NCBI GenBank assembly: GCA_963772725.1
Contig: CAVYYI010000003.1
Location: 160,001-224,000 of the forward strand
Direction: 5' to 3'
Length of the DNA stretch: 64,000 nucleotides
DNA from: an uncultured Phycisphaerales bacterium
GTDB lineage: Bacteria > Planctomycetota > Phycisphaerae > Sedimentisphaerales > Anaerobacaceae
Part shown: piece by piece, positions 27,166 through 37,727 of the stretch
Position numbering within the stretch: position 1 is the first letter of the stretch
Layout: every line of letters starts with the position of its first letter
The notes under the pieces: generated by a model
The model's database searches: none
Seen by the model: only the letters and a program-made list of their open reading frames with translations
Told to the model about the DNA's origin: nothing
Position numbers and translations under genes: made by a program

Positions 27166-27193
27166 CAATCTTAAACTTAACATTACCGCTCAA

Positions 27194-27265
27194 TGTCATT
27201 CCCGCGAAAGCTGGAATCCACAACGGCAAATTATAAACTGGATACCCGCTTTTGCGGGTATGACA
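27194..27265. repeat. REP-like bipartite palindromic element
   Basis: TGTCATTCCCGCGAAAGCTGGAATCCA, 18 nt spacer, TGGATACCCGCTTTTGCGGGTATGACA: two small hairpins in inverted orientation. Confidence 0.75.
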
Positions 27266-27397
27266 GGTCAAATTGAGTTTGAGTTATTCGTATGAAATTT
27301 GGGCTTATTTTTCGGATTGAACTAAGTCCTTATTTTTGTTATATTTTGCCATTTATGTGAAAGTTCAGTTAATTCTTAAACGGAGTGATATTCAGAT

Positions 27398-29323
27398 ATG
27401 AATTCAACAAAAGAGTCTTTGCCGGAATTGACAGCCAAAGCAATCATATTAGGCATAGTGCTTGCCGTTATACTTGGCGCGGCAAATGCGTACCTGGGAT
27501 TGTTCGCCGGAATGACAATATCCGCGTCGATACCCTCGGCGGTTGTCTCGATGGCTGTTTTGAAACTCTTTCGCAAAAGCAACATTCTTGAAAACAATAT
27601 TGTGCAGACTATCGCTTCGTCGGGAGAAGCGCTGGCCGCAGGAGTAATCTTTACAATACCGGCTCTGGTTATTCTCAACTACTGGAAAGAGTTTAATTAC
27701 CTTTGGGTGTCGATGATAGGGGGATTGGGAGGATTTCTCGGAATATTATTCACGATACCGCTGCGGCGGGCTTTTATTGTGGAAGATAAACTTAAATATC
27801 CTGAAGGAATAGCGACAGCGGAGGTTCTCAAGGCGGGACAGAGCGGCGGCTCCGACGTAAAATATCTTATTTTAGCGGCGGTTGCCGGCGGGCTTTTCAA
27901 GGTTGCCGCTGAAGGCCTGCGGCTTTGGAAAGGGGTCTTCGAAACTGCCAGAGGCGTCGGCGGAAGTATAGCGTATTTTGGCGCGAATCTAAGCCCCGCA
28001 ATGCTTTCAGTCGGTTATATCCTCGGATTGAACATATCGATTCTGATTTTTATCGGCGGCGCGGCTAATTGGCTGGTTGCGATACCAATTTGTGCTGCCT
28101 GTCAGATCTGGCCGTTGAGCAATGGAACGTTATTGCCTGCTGTTGAGTGGGCCGGTCAGATTTGGTCAACACAAACCCGCTATATCGGAGTTGGCGGAAT
28201 GCTGGTAGGCGGACTTTGGACTGTTATTAATCTTCGTGGTTCTTTGCTTCGCGGCATTAAGAGCGGGCTGAAGGCCTATCGGAAAATACCAGGTCAGCAT
28301 GTCCCTCTGGACAGGGTCGAACAAGATATTCCAATGAAGTGGGTGCTTATCCTGATAGTCGCTTCGGTCGTGCCTTTATTCCTGCTTTATCAATTGTTTG
28401 TGGCAAAGATTAGCGTCTCGCTTCCTATGGCGGCAATAATGCTCATAGCAGGCTTCCTGTTTTCGGCTGTCGCAGGGTATATGGCGGGAATCGTCGGCTC
28501 TTCAAACAATCCTATATCGGGAGTAACAATATCAACAGTATTGGTTACCGGATTATTATTGATGCTATTGATGGGTTCCCATGCCCCAAATGGCCCGGCG
28601 GCGGCGATTATTATAGGCAGCGTTGTCTGCTGCGCCGCGGCAATGGCAGGTGATACTATGCAGGACCTCAAAACAGGCCATATTGTCGGCTCAACGCCCT
28701 GGAAGCAGCAGTTGGTGGAAGTGTTCGGGAGTCTTCCCGCAGCGTTGCTGATGGCGCCAATACTGACATTGCTTTACAAAGCTTATGGATTTGCCGGTCA
28801 TGAGTCAGCCAAAGAAAACCCACTCATAGCGGCACAGGCAAATTTGATAGCCTCAGTGGCAAAAGGAGTCTTTGCCGGTGCGCTGCCATGGACATTTGTT
28901 ATTATTGGAATGGGGCTGGCTGTGCTGGTGATAGCGGTGGATGAATACCTCGCGAGAAAGGGAAGTACTTTCAGAACTCCCGTACTGGCCGTAGCGATAG
29001 GAATTTACCTGCCTTTTGAATTATCGGTACCGATTATTTCCGGCGGCGTTATCCATCAGCTTACGAAAGCTTATTATAAGAAGAAAAATTTCACTGATAA
29101 AATGTCAGAAACAGGCAACAAGTACGGACTTTTGTTCGCATCCGGCCTGATTACAGGCGAAGCCCTGGCGGGAATTTTACTGGCAGTACCAATTGTCCTG
29201 AGCGGAAGGTCAGACGTGTTAGCGGTGATGAATAATCCTTTAGGGTCATGGCCGGGTGTGATTATGCTGATAGGAATTGGTTATTGGCTGTATAGAACAG
29301 CGTTGGGAAAGACGGAAAAATAA
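27398..29323 (+). CDS. OPT-family oligopeptide transporter
   Basis: ANAYLGLFAGMTISASIP, ENNIVQT, YPEGIATAEVL, GSSNNPISG, DTMQDLKTG and ASGLITGE. Confidence 0.93.
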   Translation: MNSTKESLPELTAKAIILGIVLAVILGAANAYLGLFAGMTISASIPSAVVSMAVLKLFRKSNILENNIVQTIASSGEALAAGVIFTIPALVILNYWKEFNYLWVSMIGGLGGFLGILFTIPLRRAFIVEDKLKYPEGIATAEVLKAGQSGGSDVKYLILAAVAGGLFKVAAEGLRLWKGVFETARGVGGSIAYFGANLSPAMLSVGYILGLNISILIFIGGAANWLVAIPICAACQIWPLSNGTLLPAVEWAGQIWSTQTRYIGVGGMLVGGLWTVINLRGSLLRGIKSGLKAYRKIPGQHVPLDRVEQDIPMKWVLILIVASVVPLFLLYQLFVAKISVSLPMAAIMLIAGFLFSAVAGYMAGIVGSSNNPISGVTISTVLVTGLLLMLLMGSHAPNGPAAAIIIGSVVCCAAAMAGDTMQDLKTGHIVGSTPWKQQLVEVFGSLPAALLMAPILTLLYKAYGFAGHESAKENPLIAAQANLIASVAKGVFAGALPWTFVIIGMGLAVLVIAVDEYLARKGSTFRTPVLAVAIGIYLPFELSVPIISGGVIHQLTKAYYKKKNFTDKMSETGNKYGLLFASGLITGEALAGILLAVPIVLSGRSDVLAVMNNPLGSWPGVIMLIGIGYWLYRTALGKTEK

Positions 29324-29336
29324 AAAATCCAAAGAG

Positions 29337-30692
29337 GTGGCTGGTTTGACGGATAAGCAAAAATATATAACCGCTCCGATTCCTACAGATAAAATGCCGG
29401 CGGGCATTCTGTATATTCTCTTTAATGAGGCGGGTGAGCGGTTCAGCTTCTATGGGATGAGATGTATTCTTGTTTTTTTTATGACGCACTATCTTTTGGG
29501 TTCCACAGGCACGCCGGATGTGATGAATGCCGAGGAAAGCAAGACTTATTTTCACCTGTTTATATCAGCGGTATATTTTACACCTCTCTTAGGAGCATTG
29601 CTCTCTGATATATGGCTGGGTAAATATCGAACCATTCTTTTTTTTTCCATTATTTACTGCCTGGGCTTTTTAGCTTTGTCGCTCGATAATACCAGGCTCG
29701 GCCTGAGTATTGGCCTGACATTGATTGCCGTCGGTTCGGGTGTGATAAAACCGTGTGTATCTGCCAACGTGGGTGACCAGTTCGGCCTGGCCAATAAACA
29801 CCTGATAGAAAGAGTTTACAGCTGGTTCTATTTCGCGATTAACTTCGGCGCTTTTTTTTCAACGCTTCTCTGCCCCTGGCTGCTGGACAAATTTGGGCCG
29901 AAAATAGCGTTTGGCACTCCTGCTGCTTTTATGTTTTTAGCCACGGTTGTTTTTTGGCTTGGGAGAAAAAAGTTCGTTCATGTTCCTGCTGCAGGTTACG
30001 GATTTGTTAAGGAAACATTCAGCGGCGAGGGGGCAAAAGCGATTGGCAAACTCTGCATAATCTATCTATTTATAGCGATGTTCTGGGCGATATTCGACCA
30101 GATGGATTCGGCGTGGGTCCTGCAGGCAGAAAAAATGAACCTGAACTGGCTCGGATACAAATGGCTGCCTGCGCAGATAGTCGCGGTTAATCCCCTGATG
30201 ATAATGATTCTCATACCGATATTCTCATTTGCCGTTTATCCCGCGATGAATAAACTTTTTAAATTGACGCCGCTCCGCAAGATTTCCATCGGCCTTTTTG
30301 TGGCGGCATCGGTTTTTGCTGTGTCAACCTGGATAGAAACGAGAATCTCCGCCGGTTTTAAACCGAGCATTGGATGGATGATTTTAGCGTATTTGCTCCT
30401 GACCAGCTCCGAAGTAATGGTTTCAATCACCTGTCTTGAGTTTTCATATACGCAGGCGCCGAAAAAAATGAAGTCTTTTATTATGGCTGTTTTTCTCCTT
30501 TCGGTATCTCTCGGTAACGCTTTTACCGCCTTTGTGAATTATTTCATTCAGAATAAAGACGGGACAAGCAAACTTACCGGCGCGAATTATTTCCTGTTTT
30601 TTACGATAATGATGCTTATAACGGCGACAGGCTTTATTTTCGTCGCCGCAAAATACCGTGAAAAAACTTACATCCAGGATGGAGCCGATTGA
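29337..30692 (+). CDS. POT/PTR proton-dependent di-/tripeptide transporter
   Basis: NEAGERFSFYGMR, IKPCVSANVGDQF, FYFAINFG and LEFSYTQAPKKMKS signatures. Confidence 0.93.
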   Translation: MAGLTDKQKYITAPIPTDKMPAGILYILFNEAGERFSFYGMRCILVFFMTHYLLGSTGTPDVMNAEESKTYFHLFISAVYFTPLLGALLSDIWLGKYRTILFFSIIYCLGFLALSLDNTRLGLSIGLTLIAVGSGVIKPCVSANVGDQFGLANKHLIERVYSWFYFAINFGAFFSTLLCPWLLDKFGPKIAFGTPAAFMFLATVVFWLGRKKFVHVPAAGYGFVKETFSGEGAKAIGKLCIIYLFIAMFWAIFDQMDSAWVLQAEKMNLNWLGYKWLPAQIVAVNPLMIMILIPIFSFAVYPAMNKLFKLTPLRKISIGLFVAASVFAVSTWIETRISAGFKPSIGWMILAYLLLTSSEVMVSITCLEFSYTQAPKKMKSFIMAVFLLSVSLGNAFTAFVNYFIQNKDGTSKLTGANYFLFFTIMMLITATGFIFVAAKYREKTYIQDGAD

Positions 30693-30720
30693 GGTAAAAA
30701 AGTTTTAGGTTATACATAAT

Positions 30721-31461
30721 ATGAATCTCAAAACCAGACACAAGCTGAGTATAATCCCGGTAATGCTTTATTGGCTGTTTCTTTTCATCCTTACGCATAT
30801 TCCCAATCCTTCAGCGATAATTCGCGGGATTAACGTATCCGATAAGACAATGCACTTCATTGCTTATCTGTGCCTGGTTTTTCTGCTGTGGTTCGCGCTG
30901 GGTTCAAGCAACAAAGTCAACTGGCGAAAAATAAGTGTATGGCTGATAATCCTGATTATGGCCTGCTATGGCGCCGTCGATGAATGGCTCCAGGGCTTTG
31001 TTCACCGTACGCCGGACATACTCGATTTTTTCGCGGATATGGCAGGAGTCCTTACCGGTCTTATTATGCTCTCGATATTCTCATTCACGACCGCGTCCCT
31101 CATTGTCACGGCAGGAGCTATATTTATTCTGACAAAAGCCGTAAGAACGGTTTTCAACGGAGAGGTTCAAAATATAATCCTTCTTCTTCATCTTATCGCC
31201 TATGCCGTTTTGAGCGTTCTCTGGATTCAGTTTCTGGACATGAAATTCTCTCTAAAGGCGCCGCGGATAAAATGGCTTATTTCCGCGTTAACAGCTCCGA
31301 TAAGTTTAATGATTGCTACGGCGTTATTTTCGAAAATCAGCGGCAATAAACCGCATATTATGTACATTATGGCTTCCGCCGCCGGGGTCGCGGCGGTTGC
31401 GATGATATATTATTTCGCCGCCTTATTTCGCCAAAGGCTCTTTTTTGAAAGGCGTGTATAG
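30721..31461 (+). CDS. VanZ-family membrane protein
   Basis: SDKTMHFIAY and DEWLQGFVHRTPDILDFFAD; multiple TM helices. Confidence 0.82.
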   Translation: MNLKTRHKLSIIPVMLYWLFLFILTHIPNPSAIIRGINVSDKTMHFIAYLCLVFLLWFALGSSNKVNWRKISVWLIILIMACYGAVDEWLQGFVHRTPDILDFFADMAGVLTGLIMLSIFSFTTASLIVTAGAIFILTKAVRTVFNGEVQNIILLLHLIAYAVLSVLWIQFLDMKFSLKAPRIKWLISALTAPISLMIATALFSKISGNKPHIMYIMASAAGVAAVAMIYYFAALFRQRLFFERRV

Positions 31462-32658
31462 CGGGTCGCCTATCAACATCATCTGCCACGAATTATACGG
31501 ATTTGTGCGGCAGTACGCCTCAGCGAGACAATATCCGTCAAATAATTCTGCGAAAAATTCTTTAGGCTGCGGGAAAGCGCTCAGGTAAGGCTCTGCCACC
31601 GCGCCAAGTGTGGCGGTTATTCCTTTTTTGAGCATAGATGGACACCACTGGCTGCTGTTGGCGTCGCGAAGGTCAATCGCCTCCCAGCTTGCGATGTGAT
31701 ACCCGATGGCCCCATCAGTAAACTCGAACGAATCAATATATTTTTTAAGACTATACCAGCCGCAGTAGATTGCCGTCGATGGACACTGTCCCTGCCCGAA
31801 GAGCGCTTCGGTGCGTTCCTCAACCACGGGCATTTTGTTTTTCGCTCTTATCATCTCAGCCATATCCCGCAGCGACTGGTCATAAAATCCGAAAGAGTAC
31901 GGCTTGTGGTCATCAGGAATGCCGCGGGAATCAACATAAGCTTTGCCTTTCAATCCGTTTCTCTCCGCCGCGACGGCCTTATCAATCAGCCGCATAGCGA
32001 TATCCGGCCCCGGCCCATCGAGCCTGCTGACCATAAGCGATTTTAAATCGGATTGCAGCTTATCTTTCATCCGGTTCGGCTGCCAGCGGTATAATTCATA
32101 ATCTCCGAGCAGCACCATCGCAAGTTCGCTGTCAACAGCGGCATCCGTTTCTTTGCCGTTGATTAGCTCAATGTCGGATTTAAGTTTCGCTACGGTTAAA
32201 GTGCGTATTTTTTTCATTACGGCGGATTGACGGGGGTCATGCTCGGCCTGTTTAAGTTTCTCCTTTTCCTGTTCAAGGTATTGTTCGAGAGTTCTGAGTT
32301 TTTCCTGCTGGTCTTTGAGGGGGCCGCGTTTGCCGACTTTGAATGGAACGCCGTACGTGGTTAGAAGACATCTGATTTTGCCGGCAAATTCAGCACTCTC
32401 CAGCTTTGCCCGTATAGGCGAAGCGAGCTTTGTTTCATAATCTTCCCGGCTGATTGCGGCGCTTAGAGAAGCCCCCAGCGGCAAAGCCAGAATATTTTTT
32501 TTCGGTGTGTTCCGTTTTTGGCAGTAGTAGTTCGCGATTTTAACAGAATCCGGCAAATCGCTGTTGGCGATTATCAGAATCTCGTTCGGTTCAAGGGCGT
32601 AAATCGCCGATGCCGCCCAAAGAAGCATGCTCGTAATAAAAATTGTTCGGAAATTCAT
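31423..32658 (-). CDS. TIGR03790-like exported protein
   Basis: ALEPNEILIIANS, DAAVDSEL, MVSRLDGP, YCGWYS, GAIGYHIASWE, LGAVAEPYLSAFP and SWQMMLIGDPLY. Confidence 0.8.
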   Translation of the reverse strand: MNFRTIFITSMLLWAASAIYALEPNEILIIANSDLPDSVKIANYYCQKRNTPKKNILALPLGASLSAAISREDYETKLASPIRAKLESAEFAGKIRCLLTTYGVPFKVGKRGPLKDQQEKLRTLEQYLEQEKEKLKQAEHDPRQSAVMKKIRTLTVAKLKSDIELINGKETDAAVDSELAMVLLGDYELYRWQPNRMKDKLQSDLKSLMVSRLDGPGPDIAMRLIDKAVAAERNGLKGKAYVDSRGIPDDHKPYSFGFYDQSLRDMAEMIRAKNKMPVVEERTEALFGQGQCPSTAIYCGWYSLKKYIDSFEFTDGAIGYHIASWEAIDLRDANSSQWCPSMLKKGITATLGAVAEPYLSAFPQPKEFFAELFDGYCLAEAYCRTNPYNSWQMMLIGDPLYTPFKKEPLAK

Positions 32659-32694
32659 TGCATCATAACTTACGTACGACAATATTCTAATGTT

Positions 32695-33237
32695 TTAAAA
32701 TTCTATACCCCGCCTGGCCTTTACGCCGTTATCGAAGGGATGCTTGATATTATTCATTTCGGTAACCAGGTCGGCCATATCAATCAATTCTTTCGTAACA
32801 CCTCTGCCGGTCAGGACAATTTCCACGGATGGGTTTCTCTTCTCGATAATTTTTTTAATATCTTCCAGTTTAGCCAGCCCCTTGGAAAGACAGAACACAA
32901 TCTCATCCAATATTATGCAGTCGTAGATTTTTTCCTGTGCCTGTTCGGTTATTTCGGTAAGCGCTTCGCTGATTTCATCTTTCATCTCAGATATTAATTC
33001 GGTATTATTCGGTGAGTTTGCCATATCCCAGACGGTCTCAAGGGCTTTGATGTCTATTCGCCCCGCGGTAAATCTCAGCGCGATGCGCTCCCCGGTTTCG
33101 ACACAGGTGGGTTTTAGAAATTGGTAAATCAGCACCTTGTTGCCGTGCCCAGCGGCGCGAACCGCAAGCCCAATGGCGGCGGTAGTTTTACCTTTGCCGT
33201 CGCCTGTATATATTTGTATTAGTCCTTTTTCGAGCAT
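32695..33237 (-). CDS. cobO: cob(I)yrinic acid a,c-diamide adenosyltransferase
   Basis: IYTGDGKGKTTAAIG, IILDE, VLTGR, ADLVTEM..KHPF and GIEF. Confidence 0.93.
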   Translation of the reverse strand: MLEKGLIQIYTGDGKGKTTAAIGLAVRAAGHGNKVLIYQFLKPTCVETGERIALRFTAGRIDIKALETVWDMANSPNNTELISEMKDEISEALTEITEQAQEKIYDCIILDEIVFCLSKGLAKLEDIKKIIEKRNPSVEIVLTGRGVTKELIDMADLVTEMNNIKHPFDNGVKARRGIEF

Positions 33238-33352
33238 GGGGATATATTAAGAAATGCGGAGTGAATTGAAAACCAAAAAATTTGAATTTTACCTTTTTTA
33301 GGTAATTTGAATTTATTTCGGTACTCGTGCTTTGGATTTATTTTATCCTGTT

Positions 33353-33742
33353 TTATATAGCGACAGCCATCATTTTTTGCTGCTGGTCGGCTTCGCTTTC
33401 GGCCTGCTCACCAGGCTTAAATGGCAGAGGCTGGACAAACTGAATCGCCACTTTTCGCAGATAATTATTAAGGTGGTCAATGCGACAGACCCGGCCGTTG
33501 CGTATGAAACTGGCCATATCAAACGAATCATCCTCCCCGAAACGAGGAACACTGAAACGCGTGACTATCTCCTGGCCTGGCGACGGACAGTTTTCATTTA
33601 CGTAGCACGTAAACGCCGCTCCACCGCTCGAAACATCAACCATCTGCCCCTGCGTAAGTGCATTATTAAAATCCTCGGCGAACCAGACCGGCCAGTGATA
33701 CCTTAGTCTTTGCTCTCGTCTTCTTTCATTTGTCATTTCCAT
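33353..33742 (-). CDS. single-domain PilZ protein
   Basis: ERRREQR (RxxxR) and DVSSGG (DxSxxG) c-di-GMP-binding motifs. Confidence 0.85.
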   Translation of the reverse strand: MEMTNERRREQRLRYHWPVWFAEDFNNALTQGQMVDVSSGGAAFTCYVNENCPSPGQEIVTRFSVPRFGEDDSFDMASFIRNGRVCRIDHLNNYLRKVAIQFVQPLPFKPGEQAESEADQQQKMMAVAI

Positions 33743-34046
33743 CGTTAAAGCCCCGTAAAATTTTTCTTCTGTTTCCGAATCGGCCAATACCGGCAGGGGC
33801 TTTATATGCGAAAGGAGAAAAAATGTTATAAAATTTCACAGGCTCACCAAAGGCAGTTTTTTTATGATTTTTCGGCAAAATGACAGGGCAGTTTTTTAAA
33901 ATTTATCGCTTTAGCTCCAGCGATGTTCCGATAACTTACAACCTGTTACCCTTATGATTCAGCTTGAATCTTGTATTCGCCGCCGTTTTATATATAATAA
34001 CCTGCTTAAGTTATGAGAAATATTTAATTATTCAGGAATTCAAAAA

Positions 34047-35514
34047 ATGGCAAAACTTACCAAACTTGACGACATCGTATCGCTGTGCAAACGGCGCGGT
34101 TTTATTTTTCAATCCAGCGAGATTTACGGCGGCCTGGCAAGCTGCTACGACTACGGCCCGCTGGGCGTGGAACTCAAACGCAACGTCCGCAACGCCTGGT
34201 GGAAGGCCGTCGTCCAGATGCGGGATGACGTCGTCGGCCTTGACTGCTCTATCCTGATGCACCCGCTGGTCTGGAAGGCCTCCGGCCACGCCGACAAATT
34301 CGCCGACCTGGTCACCGTCTGCAAAAAATGCAACACCCGCAGCCGCGTTGACCATCTGGCCAAACCACGCCGAAGAACACACCGAGCATGTCAATCATCG
34401 AAACGGCAAAGGAAGACGCCAAAGATCTTTCCAAAAAGGTCTGCCCCTCCTGCGGCACCGTCGGCCAGTTCACGCGAGCCGATGGAATTTAAACTGATGT
34501 TCGAAACGCAGATGGGCGCAAATGTCGACGATTCAATGACCGTCTGTAGCTGCGGCCGGAAACCGCACAGGGCATTTTTGCCAATTTCGCCAACGTGCTC
34601 GAAAGCACCCGCGTCAAAATCCCCTTCGGCATCGCCCAGATCGGCAAGAGCTTCCGCAACGAAGTTACCACAAAGGCCTTCATCTTCCGCACCCGCGAAT
34701 TCGAGCAGGCCGAGATCGAATTTTTCTGCGAACCCGGCACCGATGAAGAGTGGTGGAAGCACTGGAAAGAAGCAGCGATTCAACTGGTATCTCAACCTCG
34801 GCATCAAAAAAGAAAACCTGCGCATTTCCGCGAGCACGACAAGGATGAGCTTGCCCACTACGCCAAGGGCTGCGTCGATGTCGAATACAAATTCCCCTTC
34901 GGCTCCGGCGACTGGCAGGAGCTTGAAGGCATCGCCAACCGCACCGATTACGACCTTCGCCAGCATCAGCGCGGCATGCGAACCGATAACGCATGGTACG
35001 AGAACGGCAGAGACACGATCAAAGATGCCGCTCACCGGAGAGGCCGAGGATTACCAAAGCGGCCCGCTGTCATATTTCGACGAAGAAAAGAAAAAACGCT
35101 ACATCCCCTACGTCATCGAGCCAAGCGCCGGCATCGACAGAAGCACGCTGGCGTTTCTGGTCGATGCCTACGATGAAGAAGAGGTCAACGGCGAAAAGCG
35201 AAACGTCCTGCGGTTCCATCCCTCGCTTGCCCCGATCAAGGCGGCGATTTTCCCGCTGGTTAAAAAAGACGGCATGCCCGAAATCGCGCACAAATATCTA
35301 CGACGACCTGAAAAAATATTTCGCCTGTTTCTACGATGAAAAAGGCGCGGTCGGCCGTCGCTACCGCAGGCAGGATGAGGCCGGCACGCCCTTCTGCCTC
35401 ACCATCGACGGCCAGACAAAAGAAGATAACACCGTCACCGTCCGCGAACGCGACTCAATGGTGCAGACAAGAGTAAACAAGCCAGTTGCTGAACTATCTC
35501 CGCGAAAAACTTGA
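34047..35514 (+). CDS. glyQS: glycine--tRNA ligase, alpha2 type (multiple frameshifts)
   Basis: [65 protein letters not shown] and [13 protein letters not shown]. Confidence 0.95.
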
Positions 35515-35565
35515 ATTATAAAAATCAGTGTTCTCCGCGTAATCCGTGATTAGTTTTTTAGGAGT

Positions 35566-36036
35566 TTGAACTTGATTGTTGACCGAATAGACAATTCGCA
35601 TTTGTACTCTGGATTATCTGCCGTTATCGCAAAGGCTCTGAAAATCCTCAAAGACGATAATCCCGCCGCCAAACCTGACGGCCGATATGAAATTGACGGC
35701 GACAATCTCTTCTATATCGTCCAGAGGTACAAAGCCAAACCCTTATCTCAAGGCAGGCTCGAAGCCCACCAGAAATATATCGACGTCCAGTTTATCGCCC
35801 AAGGCCAGGAACTGATGGGTTTTTCGCCGCTCGATAATCTTGAGGTTCAGGAGCCTTACAATGAATCGAAGGATATAGCCTTTTATAACTCTCCTGCCAA
35901 AATCAGCACTATAATTCTCAAATCCGGTATGTTCTGCATCCTGTTTCCTGAAGATGCCCACATGCCCGGCCTGCAGTTAGGCGAATCTTCAAATGTGCTT
36001 AAAATAGTTATAAAACTAAAAGCAAATACTGAATAA
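35566..36036 (+). CDS. YhcH/YjgK/YiaL (DUF386) family protein
   Basis: GRYEIDGD, EAHQKYIDVQ and LFPEDAHMP. Confidence 0.9.
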   Translation: MNLIVDRIDNSHLYSGLSAVIAKALKILKDDNPAAKPDGRYEIDGDNLFYIVQRYKAKPLSQGRLEAHQKYIDVQFIAQGQELMGFSPLDNLEVQEPYNESKDIAFYNSPAKISTIILKSGMFCILFPEDAHMPGLQLGESSNVLKIVIKLKANTE

Positions 36037-36050
36037 GGGAGGTAATTAAA

Positions 36051-37727
36051 ATGGCAGATGAAGAAAAGAAAAAGCCGGGAATTATCAGAAAAATACTCAG
36101 CCGGATTGGTCTGACGTTTTTAGCGTTTTTAATAATCGCGGGACTCTTTTTTCAGATACCATGGAAGATAACCGCGCTTTTACTTATAATCCTGGCGGCT
36201 TGTACTATTCTGCCTGTGCGTTTTAGAAAATGGTTCTGGGCATCTGCTGGCGTTATTATATTAGTATTAATCATCTGGGTCTTTTTGCCTGAGGATAATA
36301 GCGGCTGGCAGCCATACAAATTCAAGGAAGAATTTACTCAGTTAAATGAAAAATACGCTGTGCCAGAAAATGAAAATGCCGCAACAATTTATAATAAACT
36401 GCTGGTGGAATATGACTCAAACACATTTGAACCTAATTTAACTGACCCTAATGTTGGTGATTTTGCAAGACGTAAACCGTGGTCTGCTAAAGACTATCCC
36501 GAACTTTCCCGATGGCTACAGGGGCAGAAAGATACAATAACAACGCTGCAGCAAGCCGCTCAAAAAGACAGGTGCTGGTTCACAATACCCGCAAATAAAT
36601 CCCCTTTCGACACGACAGCGGGACGAAATTCAACAATAAGACAATGGGCATACTTACTTGCCGCCGCTGTCAATAACGATTTTGGCGAAGGCCGAATCGA
36701 TTCCGCTCTTGAAAAATGCCGCTGCATTATAATGATGTCAAGGCATATATGCCAGCAGCTAACAACTATTGATATATTAACCGGAATCGCTGTCGAAAGC
36801 CTCGCGTTGAGGCAGCTTGATAATTTCATTGTTACGGGCAATCCATGTGAAGAGAATTTAAATTTTATAGAAGCATCTATCAGCAGAATTGAGCATGACT
36901 GGACAGCCGATTTGCCAAAAATTCTCGAAGATGATAAAAGGTCTGCCAAAGAAATATTGAGTGTGTTTTATGAAATAAACCAGAATAGCAGAATAAGATT
37001 CAGCCGTGACCCTTTTGCCGCAATGAGACCTGCAATGAAAAGTTTGACAGAGGATAAGGAGATTACAAGCCGGTTAAACAAAGAGCAAATGGAAAAACTG
37101 TTAAAGTCGGCACAGGAGTTGTCTTATTGGCAAAGAAAATTCTTTAAGGCGTGGAGCATATTATATTGGTTTTGTATACCCACTACACCGCAAGAAGCGG
37201 CTGAAGTTATTGACAAAGCCTATGAAAAATATTACACGATGGCTGAGCAAAATTATACCTGGAATAAAGAACCAAATGATTTTTCCTCATTTCTGACAAG
37301 ACATAACTTCCGAAAAATGCGATTCAATTTTAACTACCTCGCCACAGTCTGTGCAAATATGGCGGAAAAATCTTATAATGATCTTCATAGTATATATTTA
37401 AGAACAGCAGCAGATAAAAAAGGCAGTATAATATTAATCGCGATAAGGCGGTACAAAAATAAAAACTGGCATTGGCCTGAGAATCTGGAGCAAATAAAAT
37501 CTTTCGTGCAGCCTGATACCCTTATCGACCCGCTAAATAATGGTTCTTTTGTTTATAAGCTCACAGGTGATACATTCACCCTTTACAGCAAAGGGGAAAA
37601 CAACATTGATGAAAATGGCCAATATGAAAGCAACTGGCCGCAGGAAGCCAAACCTGATGACAGGTTAATCTGGCCGCCTAAAGGTTATAAAATGAAAGAG
37701 AAAGACGCAAATGACCCACAGCAATAA
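36051..37727 (+). CDS. hypothetical membrane-anchored protein
   Basis: Intact 558 aa ORF with GGAGG RBS; three N-terminal TM helices; C-terminal WPENL..DPL..FVY..FTLYSKG motif. Confidence 0.7.
   Translation: MADEEKKKPGIIRKILSRIGLTFLAFLIIAGLFFQIPWKITALLLIILAACTILPVRFRKWFWASAGVIILVLIIWVFLPEDNSGWQPYKFKEEFTQLNEKYAVPENENAATIYNKLLVEYDSNTFEPNLTDPNVGDFARRKPWSAKDYPELSRWLQGQKDTITTLQQAAQKDRCWFTIPANKSPFDTTAGRNSTIRQWAYLLAAAVNNDFGEGRIDSALEKCRCIIMMSRHICQQLTTIDILTGIAVESLALRQLDNFIVTGNPCEENLNFIEASISRIEHDWTADLPKILEDDKRSAKEILSVFYEINQNSRIRFSRDPFAAMRPAMKSLTEDKEITSRLNKEQMEKLLKSAQELSYWQRKFFKAWSILYWFCIPTTPQEAAEVIDKAYEKYYTMAEQNYTWNKEPNDFSSFLTRHNFRKMRFNFNYLATVCANMAEKSYNDLHSIYLRTAADKKGSIILIAIRRYKNKNWHWPENLEQIKSFVQPDTLIDPLNNGSFVYKLTGDTFTLYSKGENNIDENGQYESNWPQEAKPDDRLIWPPKGYKMKEKDANDPQQ

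Noticed and set aside
33238..33352. Cobalamin riboswitch upstream of cobO
   Set aside because: The spacer is short and AT-rich, with no B12 box.
33790..34046. T-box leader upstream of glyQS
   Set aside because: No GGTGGNACCGCG T-box motif or antiterminator is present.
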